From assembly GCA_943356395.1 (NCBI GenBank), contig CALRFC010000001.1, positions 1 to 36,665 of the forward strand: DNA of 36,665 nucleotides, in the 5' to 3' direction. Source of the DNA: Candidatus Nomurabacteria bacterium (GTDB taxonomy: Bacteria > Patescibacteriota > Minisyncoccia > Phycocordibacterales > UBA9973). A program made the translations under genes and the position numbers. This document shows, piece after piece, positions 8,063 through 18,819 of the stretch. The first letter of the stretch is position 1. Each line of letters begins with the position of its first letter. The notes beneath the pieces were generated by a model that worked only from the letters and a program-made list of their open reading frames with translations, searched no databases and had not been told where the DNA came from.

Positions 8063-8518
8063 GTAGACGGTATTTACAGCGTTATGCTTATCCGTCTATA
8101 ATACCCGACAGGTGTAGCGCTCGCGTTTTTTTACGCTATGTGCTATACTCGAAACGGTATTTTTTGCACGATTGGATAGGCAACGGCAAGAGATATCGTA
8201 TAAGTATTTCGGCCTGATCGTTGAAAATTTAATACCATTATTCCTGTGCCGAACACGCAGTAATTTTGGATTGCATTTTCAGTCGATGAGGACGGATTAC
8301 TCTGCCCTGTCGACAAAGGCATCGCCTCCTGCTTTTGCGGAAACGCAAAATAAAAAGAGGCAAACCGTTCAGACATCTTAATTAAATGCCTGAACACAGC
8401 ATGCGCACACAAACTATAGTTTGTCGAAACTATGACTTTAGATTTAATGCGCATCGTCCTCTCTTCGTTTCTGATAAAGAGAAACGGATGACGACATTTA
8501 TCAAGCGATAATTTTATT

Positions 8519-10510
8519 ATGAAAAATATTACAAAAATTGCAGTCGCAGTTGCATTCGTTGCAATCTTCACCGTTTTTGTTGGACACACCAAGGCCGCTA
8601 CATACGACCTCGGAACTTCAACACTTAAGGTAGGTTCAACAGGAATGTATGTGACTAATCTTCAGACAGCTCTCAATGCAAACGGCGCGACTTTGACCGC
8701 AGACGGTCACTTCGGCCCGATGACCAAGGCTGCTGCTATGGCTTACCAAGCTTCTCATGGTCTTACTGCCGACGGTCTCGTTGGTGCAAAAACCAAGGCG
8801 GCTTTGAACGGCGGATCAACTCCGGCAGCAGGATGCCCGGCTGGATACACATGTACGCCAGCAGGCGGAACGCCTCCGGTTACGCCAGCAGGCGGAACGC
8901 CTCCGGTTCTCACTGGAACAGCTGGTAACATCGACACCGACACTGTCATCGGAGGATTCTCCGGCGAACAGGTTGGTGCAGGTGACACTGGTCACCAGGT
9001 TCTCGGCGTTCAGTACAAAGCTTCGGCAGGCGGATCAAATGTCAGTCTGACGGCTATGACGCTTCAGTTCACCCAAGATCCGGCTTCCTCTTGTACGACA
9101 ACCGGTTCTGGTTACATGAACAAGTACTTCGCTGGCGTTGCGGTATGGCAGGGTTCTACGAAAGTCGGTTCAGCAAATGCTGGCGATTTCGGTCAGAACA
9201 CCAGCTCTTCTTACTGTAACTACATCTATTCGAAGACAGTTAATCTTTCCGGCGCGAATATCGTTGCTGGTCAGACATCAAACTTCTATGTTTCAGTTGA
9301 CGCTCTTCCGGTTATTGATTCCAACAACCTCGGAGCAAGCACTGTCAACAAGTGGGAAGTTGCTATCACCAGCATCCGCTTCAGCGATGGTACTGGCGCA
9401 CAGCTCACCTACACGCCTTCAACAAGCACTACTGGTCTCGTAAACTCAAGCGTAACGAATTACTTCAATTTCGTTTCAACGGCTAACGCGAACAACATCA
9501 AGTTGACTGTTTCTACAGATCCGGCCAACCAGAATGCACATGTTGTTCCTGTTTCGCTCACTTCACAGACCAACAATGTTGAGCTCTTGAAGTTCAAGCT
9601 TGCTGCGCAAGGTCAGAAGATTCACATTGATAAATTGGCGACACAGCTTACATCCTCATCTGTCGGTCTCGGCTCGATCACCAGCAATGTTCATCTTTTG
9701 ATGGGTTCGACTGAACTCAATTCACAGCTCGTTACTTCGACATCTTCCACAACGACAACGACATTCAACAACTTGAATCTCGACATCGCCGCTGGAACAT
9801 CGCCGACATTCAGCATCACTGCTGATATCAACGGCTTGACTGGAAACTATGTTGCAGGCGAAACGCTTGCGGCGTCTATTCCGACATTGAGCAGCGTAGG
9901 TATCGTTACGGCAACTGATCAGAACAGCAACAACCTTTCTGGTACTGCTCAATTGACAGGTTCCGTTTCTAGCCACAATATCTCTCTCTACAATGTTGGT
10001 ATTCAGGTTAATCCGGGAACAGTGACTGCGACTCACACGGGTGTTTCCTACTCCGGCGCGTCTGATACGGCAACCTACAAGGTTTCCTTCAACGTAACGG
10101 CATTCGGAGGCGCTGTATACCTCGCGTCATCTTCCATCCTTGGAAATACTTCGACTTCTTCGACGACGAACAAAGTTACATTTGTCATCGCGAAGAGCTC
10201 GGCTCCGACAACCGGTATCACTACGGTATCCGGCACGAGCACAACCATGACGGTTGATAGCTTCAACGGCGGCAGCGGTTCCAACATCGGAACAGATTCT
10301 GCTACCGGAAACTATCTCTTGAACGATGGCGACACCGCAACCTTTACCGGAACGCTTGTTCAGACGAACAACAACGGTGCGGGTCAGTATCGCGCATGGC
10401 TCAACAACGTCGCATGGGGCACTGGCACAACGACGGCAGCAACGATCTACAACTTCAACTTGGGCTCTGGAAACAATGCCTACACGACCGGCTACATTGC
10501 GTTGCAATAA
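8519..10510 (+). CDS. Secreted peptidoglycan-binding-domain / S-layer-like surface protein
   Basis: Signal peptide (..HTKA|A), PG_binding_1-like LKVGSTG..V..LQTALN....DGHFGPMTKAA...YQ...GLTADGLVGAKT, CPAGYTC motif, Ser/Thr/Gly/Asn-rich beta body. Confidence 0.85.
   Translation: MKNITKIAVAVAFVAIFTVFVGHTKAATYDLGTSTLKVGSTGMYVTNLQTALNANGATLTADGHFGPMTKAAAMAYQASHGLTADGLVGAKTKAALNGGSTPAAGCPAGYTCTPAGGTPPVTPAGGTPPVLTGTAGNIDTDTVIGGFSGEQVGAGDTGHQVLGVQYKASAGGSNVSLTAMTLQFTQDPASSCTTTGSGYMNKYFAGVAVWQGSTKVGSANAGDFGQNTSSSYCNYIYSKTVNLSGANIVAGQTSNFYVSVDALPVIDSNNLGASTVNKWEVAITSIRFSDGTGAQLTYTPSTSTTGLVNSSVTNYFNFVSTANANNIKLTVSTDPANQNAHVVPVSLTSQTNNVELLKFKLAAQGQKIHIDKLATQLTSSSVGLGSITSNVHLLMGSTELNSQLVTSTSSTTTTTFNNLNLDIAAGTSPTFSITADINGLTGNYVAGETLAASIPTLSSVGIVTATDQNSNNLSGTAQLTGSVSSHNISLYNVGIQVNPGTVTATHTGVSYSGASDTATYKVSFNVTAFGGAVYLASSSILGNTSTSSTTNKVTFVIAKSSAPTTGITTVSGTSTTMTVDSFNGGSGSNIGTDSATGNYLLNDGDTATFTGTLVQTNNNGAGQYRAWLNNVAWGTGTTTAATIYNFNLGSGNNAYTTGYIALQ
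8854..8907 (+). repeat. Exact 27-bp tandem duplication encoding TPAGGTPPV x2
   Basis: TACGCCAGCAGGCGGAACGCCTCCGGT at 8854-8880 and 8881-8907. Confidence 0.95.
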
Positions 10511-10540
10511 AGCTCAGTCGCTGTACAAAAGTTGTACTTC

Positions 10541-10570
10541 ACAAAAAACCACCTTCGGGTGGTTTTTTGT
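10541..10570 (+). terminator. Intrinsic terminator
   Basis: ACAAAAAACCACC-TTCG-GGTGGTTTTTTGT. Confidence 0.9.
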
Positions 10571-10674
10571 TTTTTCATTCTGAATACCACGGTGCGAATA
10601 AATTTAAAATCTTCCCCTTAGCCTCGCGCGCTGCCTTTACAAAAGAGCATGCGCGCGTATATAATCCTCTGTAT

Positions 10675-12744
10675 ATGGAAAACACTTCAATACAAAGACC
10701 ATGGCTCGCCAAGATAGTCCTTTTTCTTCTCGGCGCGGCTGTTTTTGTTCCGCCGCTTTTGGTCATTCCGCATACATTCTTTATCTTTATCAACTCAAAA
10801 ACCTCCTTTTTTATCGGTATTGCCGAACTCGCATTTTTTTGTTACATATTCCTCGCCCTTTTTTATCCTGCATACCGGCCCAAGAAGAATATCGTCACAT
10901 GGGGATTTTTGGGGTTTGTCGCCGTTTCCGTACTAAGTGCCATAGTTAGCGTTTATCCACAATTCTCCTTCTGGTCCGGAGCGGAGCGTGCCGACGGCGT
11001 GATGCTGCTCATCCATATATTTCTTTTTTTCCTTGTCTGCACTTCTGTGATCAAATCAAAAAAAGAGCTGCATACCTTGCTCTGGGTTTCTGTCTTTACC
11101 GCAACGATCAATACTCTTGCGATTTGGCTCGGGCCGGGAGGATTCAAGGCCTATCTCTCGCTCTTTCATTCCGATCAAAACATCGGAGGATTTACCGGCA
11201 ACGAGCTCTTTGCCGGAGCGTACACTCTCTTCAATGTCTTTTTTGCCGCCTACCTTTTCTTCGATTCAAAAAAGAAAGGTTCTCGCATGCTTTCGGGCAT
11301 ACTTTTTCTGCTGATGCTCTTCTCGCCCATATTTTTTAATTTCGGCATTCTCTCCGGTGCGGTCAATCTGAAAGAAATCCTGCACAATCCGATTGTTTTG
11401 ATCGGGCGCGCGCGCGCGTCCACGATAGGTCTCGGACTTGCCGGCATCTTCACCTTCTTCTTATTTTTTGGGAATCACGCTAAAAAAGCGATTCGTTTCG
11501 GATCGCGCGCGCTTGCCGGTGCAACGCTTGCCGCAATCATGATCTCAATCATCCTTCTCATGACTCCCGGCACGCGCTTGCACGATTGGTTCGGCAAAGA
11601 GACTGCAGGCTACAGATATATTTATTGGCATCAAGCGATACAAGGATGGAAAGATCATCCTATCCTCGGTTGGGGACCGGGCACTTTCCGCATGGTAACA
11701 GCAAAATATTTCGATCCGGCCGTACTTGCCACTGTGAGCCAGAATCAGATCATCGGCGAACCATGGAATGACAAGCCGCACAGCATTATTCTGGACGTAC
11801 TTGTCCATACCGGCATTTTGGGCCTTATTTCCTACGCAGGAATCTTTTTCACTTGCCTTTTCGCATTGTGGCGAAAAACAAGTTTGCCGCATTATGCCAA
11901 GTCCTTGTTTTCCGGACTCCTCTTGGCGTATGTCCTGCAGGGCCTTACGATCTTCGATGTCATGGTTTCCTATTTGATGCTCGGTACGGCTTTGGCGGTT
12001 ATCGCCATAATTACCGCAAAAGAGGAGACCGGCAAAGAGCAAGGAAAGATCTTTCAACTTTCTAAAAAAGCGAAGAACGGCATAGCCATCGCGCTCTTCA
12101 TTATCGGATTCTTTTCCATACGCTACTTCGCATACGAGCCGTTGCATGAAGCGCGTCAGCGTTTCGTCCTGCCGGATTTGCCGCCCGCCGAACGGGCAGG
12201 CAAATATAAAATCGTGCGCGACATCTCTCCATTCGGCGGATCCGTCGACGAGGCGAATTATGCCGACTTGGTCTACATCAGCTATTTGGAACATCTCGAT
12301 AGCATTGCAAATCAGAAAGATCAGCTGCAATTTATCCGAGACATGGACGGACTGATTGCGGATGTCGAAGAGTCTTTCGGCAAGAATGGAATGACCTATG
12401 TCGGCGCGCTCACCGTGAGCCGCCTGTACAATCTGCGCTACATGCTTGCCGCAACAGACGACCAAAATCTTCTTTCAGAGATGGAAAAGTATGCGAAAAT
12501 AACCCTCGATCTTTCCCCGAACAATCCGCAGAGCTACTGGGCGGAAGCGCAGCCGCTCATTTACGAGCGCAAGTATAAAGAAGCCATGGAGGTTTTGGAA
12601 AAAGGACTCGCTATAAATCCCAAAGTCGCACCGACGCACGAAATCATCATCCGACTCGCTCTTCTCATGGGCGACCGGCAACTCGTGCTTGAAAAATACA
12701 AGCGCGCGCAGAAAGAATTGCCGGGGATCGCTTTCCCGCACTAA
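10675..12744 (+). CDS. O-antigen ligase (Wzy_C) family membrane protein with C-terminal TPR-like region
   Basis: Many TM helices, R.IYW..AI.GWKDHPILGWGPGTF and DKPHS..LD.LV.TGILG motifs, TPR-like LSPNNPQSY; start at MENTS. Confidence 0.85.
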   Translation: MENTSIQRPWLAKIVLFLLGAAVFVPPLLVIPHTFFIFINSKTSFFIGIAELAFFCYIFLALFYPAYRPKKNIVTWGFLGFVAVSVLSAIVSVYPQFSFWSGAERADGVMLLIHIFLFFLVCTSVIKSKKELHTLLWVSVFTATINTLAIWLGPGGFKAYLSLFHSDQNIGGFTGNELFAGAYTLFNVFFAAYLFFDSKKKGSRMLSGILFLLMLFSPIFFNFGILSGAVNLKEILHNPIVLIGRARASTIGLGLAGIFTFFLFFGNHAKKAIRFGSRALAGATLAAIMISIILLMTPGTRLHDWFGKETAGYRYIYWHQAIQGWKDHPILGWGPGTFRMVTAKYFDPAVLATVSQNQIIGEPWNDKPHSIILDVLVHTGILGLISYAGIFFTCLFALWRKTSLPHYAKSLFSGLLLAYVLQGLTIFDVMVSYLMLGTALAVIAIITAKEETGKEQGKIFQLSKKAKNGIAIALFIIGFFSIRYFAYEPLHEARQRFVLPDLPPAERAGKYKIVRDISPFGGSVDEANYADLVYISYLEHLDSIANQKDQLQFIRDMDGLIADVEESFGKNGMTYVGALTVSRLYNLRYMLAATDDQNLLSEMEKYAKITLDLSPNNPQSYWAEAQPLIYERKYKEAMEVLEKGLAINPKVAPTHEIIIRLALLMGDRQLVLEKYKRAQKELPGIAFPH

Positions 12745-12757
12745 AAATATTTGTGTC

Positions 12758-13534
12758 ATGTTAAGAGACATATTACAAAAGAATAAATATGCTTTTTTTG
12801 CAGGTATTGCGATTGTCGCTGTAGTTTTAGGATTGATCAATACTTTTTTGATTTTTTCGAACACTAAAACAGTTCGTTCAGTAAAGCATGTATTTACACT
12901 AACGGATGACGACAAGAAAATATCTGAAATTGAAAAATATCTCGACGAAATCTCTCCGGAATTCATCGCTGAAGTGAAAAGATTGTCGGAAGAAAACAAA
13001 GTCCCGTCATGGGGTTGCGGGCCGTCGAGCTATGCGCTTGCGAAGATCATCAACGCCAGATTTTTTAACAACAAACTCCCGTTCGTTTCGGCGTACAACA
13101 GCAAGAATCACGATATCGTTGAGCGTTTCAGTTTTGCCTTCAAGGACTCAAATGGCGTAAAGAACTCGACTCTTGTCGATCACGCATGGCTCGAAATTTA
13201 TTTCAACAATAAATTCCTTTTCATCGATCCGACGGCCGGACAATTTGGCAGGTACGACAAAATCGTGTATGAAGTTTTCAATATCGAAGACAAGAACATT
13301 CAAAAAACTCTGCTCGACAAATATAATATCGCGGATATCCGCCTCACGCTTCTTGTGAATAAGACGGTCAACAGGATTCCGCCGTCGCAGGATCCGTATC
13401 CGGGCATCTCTTTGAGTCGTGACACAATCGATTATTTCCTCAAATCTGTCGAAGAGCGTGATGAGGTAAATAACGGCGATGAGCCGCCGGAGTGGGAATC
13501 GTGGGTAAGCTCTCTTCTCGATAAGTTTTCATAA
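12758..13534 (+). CDS. Membrane-anchored hypothetical protein with transglutaminase/papain-like triad
   Basis: N-terminal TM; WGCGPSS, DHAWLE, FIDPT motifs in Cys-His-Asp order. Confidence 0.6.
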   Translation: MLRDILQKNKYAFFAGIAIVAVVLGLINTFLIFSNTKTVRSVKHVFTLTDDDKKISEIEKYLDEISPEFIAEVKRLSEENKVPSWGCGPSSYALAKIINARFFNNKLPFVSAYNSKNHDIVERFSFAFKDSNGVKNSTLVDHAWLEIYFNNKFLFIDPTAGQFGRYDKIVYEVFNIEDKNIQKTLLDKYNIADIRLTLLVNKTVNRIPPSQDPYPGISLSRDTIDYFLKSVEERDEVNNGDEPPEWESWVSSLLDKFS

Positions 13535-13578
13535 GCAGGATTTACATTTCTCTTCTTTTATTGTACACTCTCATTCCT

Positions 13579-14583
13579 ATGGCAAAAAAAGCTCTCATCA
13601 CAGGCATTACCGGACAAGACGGTTCGTATCTCGCCGAGCTCCTTCTAGAGAAGGGGTATGAAGTGCACGGCACGATCCGCCGCACCAGCTCTTTTTCGAC
13701 TGCGCGCATCGAGCACATATATCAGGATCCGCACCATCCGGAACGCCGATTGCACCTGCACTACGGCGATCTCTCCGATGCGGAAAATATCCGAAAGTTG
13801 ATTTTCAAGATCCAGCCGGACGAGATTTACAATTTGGGCGCCCAGAGCCATGTGAAAGTTTCTTTCGAGATCCCCGAATATACTGCGAACATCACCGGTC
13901 TCGGCGTTTTGCGCCTCTTGGACGCCGTTAAAGATTATCAGGAACACACGGGAAAAAAAATAAAAGTATACCAAGCGTCATCATCGGAAATGTTCGGCTC
14001 CGCGCTCCCGCCACAGCATGAGAATACGCCGTTTGAGCCGCGAAGCCCGTATGGGTGCGCGAAAGTCTTCGCCTACCACATCGCGCGCAATTATCGCGAA
14101 GCACACGGGCTCTTCGTCTGCAACGGCATCCTTTTCAACCATGAATCGCCGCGCCGCGGCGGAACCTTCGTGACCAAGAAGGTGACCGAGGGCGTGGCCA
14201 AGATCAAAGCGGGCAAGGCCGACAAGATCTATCTCGGCAATCTGGACGCGCGCCGCGACTGGGGCTACGCGCCGGAATACTGCGAGGCCATGTGGCTGAT
14301 GCTCCAGAAGGACAAGCCCGACGACTATGTGATCGGCACGGGCGTGAGCCACACCGTGCGCGAACTCGTCATTGAAGCGTTCAAGCACGCAGGCGTCTCC
14401 GACTGGGAAAAATACATAGACATCGATCCGACCTACTATCGTCCGAGCGAAGTCGACCATCTCGTCGCCGACATCAAGAAGGCCAAAGAAAAGCTCGGCT
14501 GGGAGCCGAAGACTAAATTTGGCGACTTGGTTAAGATCATGGTTGAACATGATTTGAAGAAATACGAGAGTGAAAAAAAATAA
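13579..14583 (+). CDS. gmd: GDP-mannose 4,6-dehydratase
   Basis: [56 protein letters not shown]. Confidence 0.98.
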   Translation: MAKKALITGITGQDGSYLAELLLEKGYEVHGTIRRTSSFSTARIEHIYQDPHHPERRLHLHYGDLSDAENIRKLIFKIQPDEIYNLGAQSHVKVSFEIPEYTANITGLGVLRLLDAVKDYQEHTGKKIKVYQASSSEMFGSALPPQHENTPFEPRSPYGCAKVFAYHIARNYREAHGLFVCNGILFNHESPRRGGTFVTKKVTEGVAKIKAGKADKIYLGNLDARRDWGYAPEYCEAMWLMLQKDKPDDYVIGTGVSHTVRELVIEAFKHAGVSDWEKYIDIDPTYYRPSEVDHLVADIKKAKEKLGWEPKTKFGDLVKIMVEHDLKKYESEKK

Positions 14584-14587
14584 TCAC

Positions 14588-15544
14588 ATGATGGAAAAAT
14601 CGGCGAAAATTTTCGTAGCTGGGCATCGGGGGCTCGTCGGGAGCGCGCTCATACGGGCCCTTGAGGCCAAAGGCTACACGAACATACTCACCAGAACGCA
14701 CCAAGAGCTCGACCTGACCCGCCAAGCGGCTGTCGAGAAATTTTTCGCAGAAGAGAAGCCGGAGTATGTCTTCCTCTCCGCCGCGAAAGTCGGCGGCATC
14801 TTGGCCAACAACACCTATCCCGCGGATTTCATCTACCAGAATCTCACGATCGCGACGAACATCATCGAAGCGGCGCACCAGAGCGGCGTGACCAAGCTTC
14901 TCTTTCTCGGGTCTTCTTGTATTTATCCCAAATTCGCAGACCAGCCGATGAAGGAAGAATATCTCTTGACCGGCACGATCGAGCCGACGAACGAGCCGTA
15001 CGCGCTCGCGAAGATCGCCGGCATCAAGATATGCCAGAGCTACAACCGTCAGTACGGGGCGAATTTTATCGCCGTCATGCCGACCAATCTCTACGGTCCG
15101 AACGACAATTTCGACCTCTCGTCATCGCATGTCCTGCCCGCGCTCATCCGCAAATTCCACGAGGCGAAAGAAGCGGGTGCCAAGGAAGTCGTTGCGTGGG
15201 GAACGGGTTCGCCGAAACGCGAATTCCTGCATGTGGATGATCTGGCGGATGCGTGCCTGTTTGTCATGGACAACTACAATCCGACCAAAGAAGAGAATGA
15301 AAAAGGCCAGATCTTCATGAACTTGGGAACGGGGGAGGATATCTCGATCAAGGAATTGACGGAGATGATCAAAGAGATTGTCGGCTTCGACGGCGAGATC
15401 GTTTGGGACACGACAAAGCCCGATGGCGCGCCGCGCAAGCTCCTCGATATGTCGAAGCTCCATGCGCTTGGCTGGAAGCATAAGATAGGATTAGAAGATG
15501 GCATCAAAAACGTGTATCAGTGGTTTTTGGAGAACAGGAAATAA
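14588..15544 (+). CDS. fcl: GDP-L-fucose synthase
   Basis: [51 protein letters not shown]; follows gmd. Confidence 0.97.
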   Translation: MMEKSAKIFVAGHRGLVGSALIRALEAKGYTNILTRTHQELDLTRQAAVEKFFAEEKPEYVFLSAAKVGGILANNTYPADFIYQNLTIATNIIEAAHQSGVTKLLFLGSSCIYPKFADQPMKEEYLLTGTIEPTNEPYALAKIAGIKICQSYNRQYGANFIAVMPTNLYGPNDNFDLSSSHVLPALIRKFHEAKEAGAKEVVAWGTGSPKREFLHVDDLADACLFVMDNYNPTKEENEKGQIFMNLGTGEDISIKELTEMIKEIVGFDGEIVWDTTKPDGAPRKLLDMSKLHALGWKHKIGLEDGIKNVYQWFLENRK

Positions 15545-15696
15545 AGGTTTCCCGCTGCAAGCAGGCGGTGGATTACATGAACTCGCTCCACTCGCGCAAT
15601 TTCGGAGCAGATCTCCGAGGCACTAACCTGTATTTCGTCTTCGCTCGGACGATGTGAACGAGAGCACTCGTTCACCCGCTCCTTGTTAGCCGAAAT

Positions 15697-15732
15697 AAAA
15701 AAAACCGGATAATCATAATAATGATTATCCGG
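15697..15732 (-). terminator. Intrinsic terminator downstream of NUDIX gene
   Basis: CCGGATAATCAT-AATA-ATGATTATCCGG with a T-run on the minus strand. Confidence 0.75.
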
Positions 15733-15742
15733 CATGTGTTTT

Positions 15743-16396
15743 TTAAACCCACTGTAATTTTTTTAATTTCATCATCGCAAGCATCACGCAAGTAACAGCG
15801 CTTGCTTCATCAAAAAATCCGGATTCAAGCACGGAACGAAATTCTTCAATTGGTACCATGATGGTACTCATGATCTCGTTCGGATTCGGATCGCGCTTTT
15901 CCTGGACTTGCTCCAGATCTGTTGCCATGAACATGTGCGCAGGAAGTCCGTGATCATCGACGCTCGCGCCGCGATATTTTCCGGTTTCGATTTTCGTGTT
16001 TCCCAAATATTCCCAGATTCCTTTTCCGTATCCGGTTTCCTTAAGATACACCTCTTTGGTCTTTCTTGTTATTTCTTGCAAAGAAATTCCAGGCGCCACT
16101 TTACCGATTCCTCCGGGAGGCAATTCCCAGCTTGCTTTGTTTATTCCGGGTTTCCACTGGCAAAGAGTAATTACTTGGTTGTCTTTTGTCAGTCCGAAAG
16201 CCACTACCCATCCGAAAGAACGGATGAAGGAAGTATATTTTTCGACACCGTTGCCCGTTTTCAGCCAGTATTCAATGAGTGAACCGAAATAGGGAATTTC
16301 TTCATATACCGTTGTTTTACCGACCAACGGCCAGCCATTTTTAAACATCTCTTCTTGAGAAAGTTTCAGAAATTTTTCGATTGATGATGCATTCAT
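15743..16396 (-). CDS. NUDIX hydrolase-like protein (ADP-ribose pyrophosphatase-like, degenerate Nudix box)
   Basis: QWKPG....SWELPPGG........TKEVYLKETGY. Confidence 0.7.
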   Translation of the reverse strand: MNASSIEKFLKLSQEEMFKNGWPLVGKTTVYEEIPYFGSLIEYWLKTGNGVEKYTSFIRSFGWVVAFGLTKDNQVITLCQWKPGINKASWELPPGGIGKVAPGISLQEITRKTKEVYLKETGYGKGIWEYLGNTKIETGKYRGASVDDHGLPAHMFMATDLEQVQEKRDPNPNEIMSTIMVPIEEFRSVLESGFFDEASAVTCVMLAMMKLKKLQWV

Positions 16397-16547
16397 TTTT
16401 TATGTTTTTACTATCATAGCATCTTTTACTTTTAGAGTCAATAGCTATTTTTTTGTAGTTTATTATTTTAACAGGAAAGCGTATAAACTATTTCATACAA
16501 CGATTTTATGTTACACTTGAGGGGCATAATTTTAATCAATCGTAATC

Positions 16548-17438
16548 ATGATCATCGTACGACTGACCGGAGGGATGGGGAATCAGATGTTTCAATACGC
16601 CTGCGGAAGGGCTCTTTCTTTGCGTACGGGTGTTCCGCTCAAGCTCGATCTCATGCTCCTGCTTGACCGCACCAAGCGGCCGGGGAAGTGGAAGATCACT
16701 TTCCGCGATTACGATTTGGACATGTACAACATCAAAGCGGACATTGCCAAGCGCTCCGATGTTCCGTGGCAATTCCGCTCATATTTTCGCGGTCTCGCCA
16801 TGCTCGTCGTCTACCAGCTTGAACGGCTCTTGGTGCCGAATCCCGGCCGCGAAAAATCTCCCGCGTTCGACAAGCGCATCCTTTCCCTCGGGCCGAACAC
16901 CTATTTGGACGGGCTCTGGCAGAGTCCGAAGTATTTCGACGATGTTGCCGATACGATTCGCAAGGATTTCACGCTGAAGAATCCGATGTCGGAGGGATCA
17001 CAGAAGCTCTTCGACGAGATCCGCTCGCAGAATTCGCTCTGCATCCATGTGCGCCGCACCGACTATGTCGGCAACGCGCACCACGATACCGGCATCGGGC
17101 AATCCTACTACGACCGAGGCATCGCGCACATCGCCAAGACGCAGACGATTCAGAAAATTTATGTCTTCTCCGACGACATCGCGTGGTGCCGAGAGAATCT
17201 GCACTTTGCGATCGAGACCGTATATGTCGGCAACGAGTATGCCGGCAAGAAAGCCGAAGAGCACCTCGCGCTCATGTCGGCCTGCAAGCACTTTGTCATC
17301 CCGAACAGCTCTTTCTCGTGGTGGGGCGCGCTGCTCTCCGGATATCCGGACAAGATCGTCGTCGCGCCGAAAAAATGGTTCAAGGACAGCGACGACGGCG
17401 CGGAAGACCTGATCCCCGCATCATGGGTACGCATGTAG
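16548..17438 (+). CDS. Alpha-1,2-fucosyltransferase (GT11)
   Basis: GGMGNQMFQYA, GLWQSPKYF, IHVRRTDY, FSDD, NSSFSWWGA. Confidence 0.93.
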   Translation: MIIVRLTGGMGNQMFQYACGRALSLRTGVPLKLDLMLLLDRTKRPGKWKITFRDYDLDMYNIKADIAKRSDVPWQFRSYFRGLAMLVVYQLERLLVPNPGREKSPAFDKRILSLGPNTYLDGLWQSPKYFDDVADTIRKDFTLKNPMSEGSQKLFDEIRSQNSLCIHVRRTDYVGNAHHDTGIGQSYYDRGIAHIAKTQTIQKIYVFSDDIAWCRENLHFAIETVYVGNEYAGKKAEEHLALMSACKHFVIPNSSFSWWGALLSGYPDKIVVAPKKWFKDSDDGAEDLIPASWVRM

Positions 17439-17460
17439 GGGGCTGCCGCGCTCTACCATA

Positions 17461-18819
17461 ATGACTTTTCCTTCGCTTGAAAAATTAAACAAAGCATTAC
17501 TACTCGGTGCGCTCGTTGCTCTCATTTATCGCGTGAGCAATTTCTGCAATACTTTTTTGCCGAAGCCGTTCGAACTGGTCCTTGCTCTTGTTGCGCTCAT
17601 TACGCTCTTTGAAATAATAAAGAATCGAAATAGGATAAGCGAATTTTGGTTTTCTGTTCCTAAAACTGTTCGCATAGCTTCAATCCTTCTCGTTGGATCT
17701 GTTCTTTTTGGCTGGGTATTTGCAATTTTTATCTTAGGCATACCAGTGAGTCCGAATTCGATACTCGAATTCGGCACATTCGGCATATCCTTGCTTTCTT
17801 TCATTCTCATCATTATTCATACTCATAATGATACGGCGCAAGCAAGAAGGTATTTTTACGCTCTCATCTTGCCCGTGTGCTACGGCATCGTCATCATCTT
17901 TCCAGCTATCGCGTATTATTTCGGACTCGTGCCATTCGACAATTTTGCTGGGTGGACGCTCAATGTGAACACCGTGGCAAAGACACTGCTTCTTCCGGCA
18001 ATCTTTTTTGTCGCCAAATCACTTTTTGAAAATCAGAATCAATGGCGCAAGTTTACATACATATCGCTCTCCGCCATCACCATCGCTCTCATTTTCTGGA
18101 CGGCTTCGCGCGGGGGGATTTTGAGCTTGAGTATCGGCGTATTTGTCGCATGGATAATTTTTATCGCTCGAGATTTTAATTGGCGAAAAATATTTTCGAG
18201 CGCCGGCATCATTTTTTGTATCTTTTTTTTCGGTTTCATTCTCACGCCTCGGGTCGGGATGAAAGCTCTGCTCGGGCGATTTTCCACGCACAGCGTTCCG
18301 GAAGCTGTCTATTCTTTTTTTCGCGGCGATCTCTCTTCTGTTGCCGGTGCATCAAGTCTTGCCATAAAGAATAAGAATTTTGCAGTTCCGGGCAGCGTTT
18401 GCGACATAGCAAAATCTTTGCCTGACGTATATTCCAGAGCCGCTCACCCGGAGCCGGAAACGCGCCTCAAGATATGGCCATTTTACCTAAGACACTCTTT
18501 CTCCACTCCTTCCGGCATAGGTCCCAATACACACTTGCAATTCGATTTGACGGACAAGAATGGAAATTATGTCGTCACCGGTCCGCACAATACATATATT
18601 CAAGTTTTGTTCTGGGGAGGGTTTTCAGGAATTACAGCTTTTCTAATTATTATTTTTTTGGCGCTAAAGCGCATGCGCGAGCGAGTGCGCACCGAGTTTA
18701 CGAGTATTACCATTGCACTCTTTTCCGTATTGATAGCTCTTTCCGTTTCGATCATGTTCGATGACAGCCTCTCTTTCTATTGGTTTTTCATCATTCTCGG
18801 GCTATCATTCAGGATATGA
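17461..18819 (+). CDS. O-antigen ligase/polymerase (Wzy_C) family protein
   Basis: Multi-TM, TASRGG, ETRLKIW, GPHNTYIQ. Confidence 0.8.
   Translation: MTFPSLEKLNKALLLGALVALIYRVSNFCNTFLPKPFELVLALVALITLFEIIKNRNRISEFWFSVPKTVRIASILLVGSVLFGWVFAIFILGIPVSPNSILEFGTFGISLLSFILIIIHTHNDTAQARRYFYALILPVCYGIVIIFPAIAYYFGLVPFDNFAGWTLNVNTVAKTLLLPAIFFVAKSLFENQNQWRKFTYISLSAITIALIFWTASRGGILSLSIGVFVAWIIFIARDFNWRKIFSSAGIIFCIFFFGFILTPRVGMKALLGRFSTHSVPEAVYSFFRGDLSSVAGASSLAIKNKNFAVPGSVCDIAKSLPDVYSRAAHPEPETRLKIWPFYLRHSFSTPSGIGPNTHLQFDLTDKNGNYVVTGPHNTYIQVLFWGGFSGITAFLIIIFLALKRMRERVRTEFTSITIALFSVLIALSVSIMFDDSLSFYWFFIILGLSFRI

Noticed and set aside
15538..15699. GAAATAAA direct repeat as a target duplication at the fcl 3' end
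   Set aside because: Only 8 bp and A-rich; the second copy overlaps the terminator A-tract
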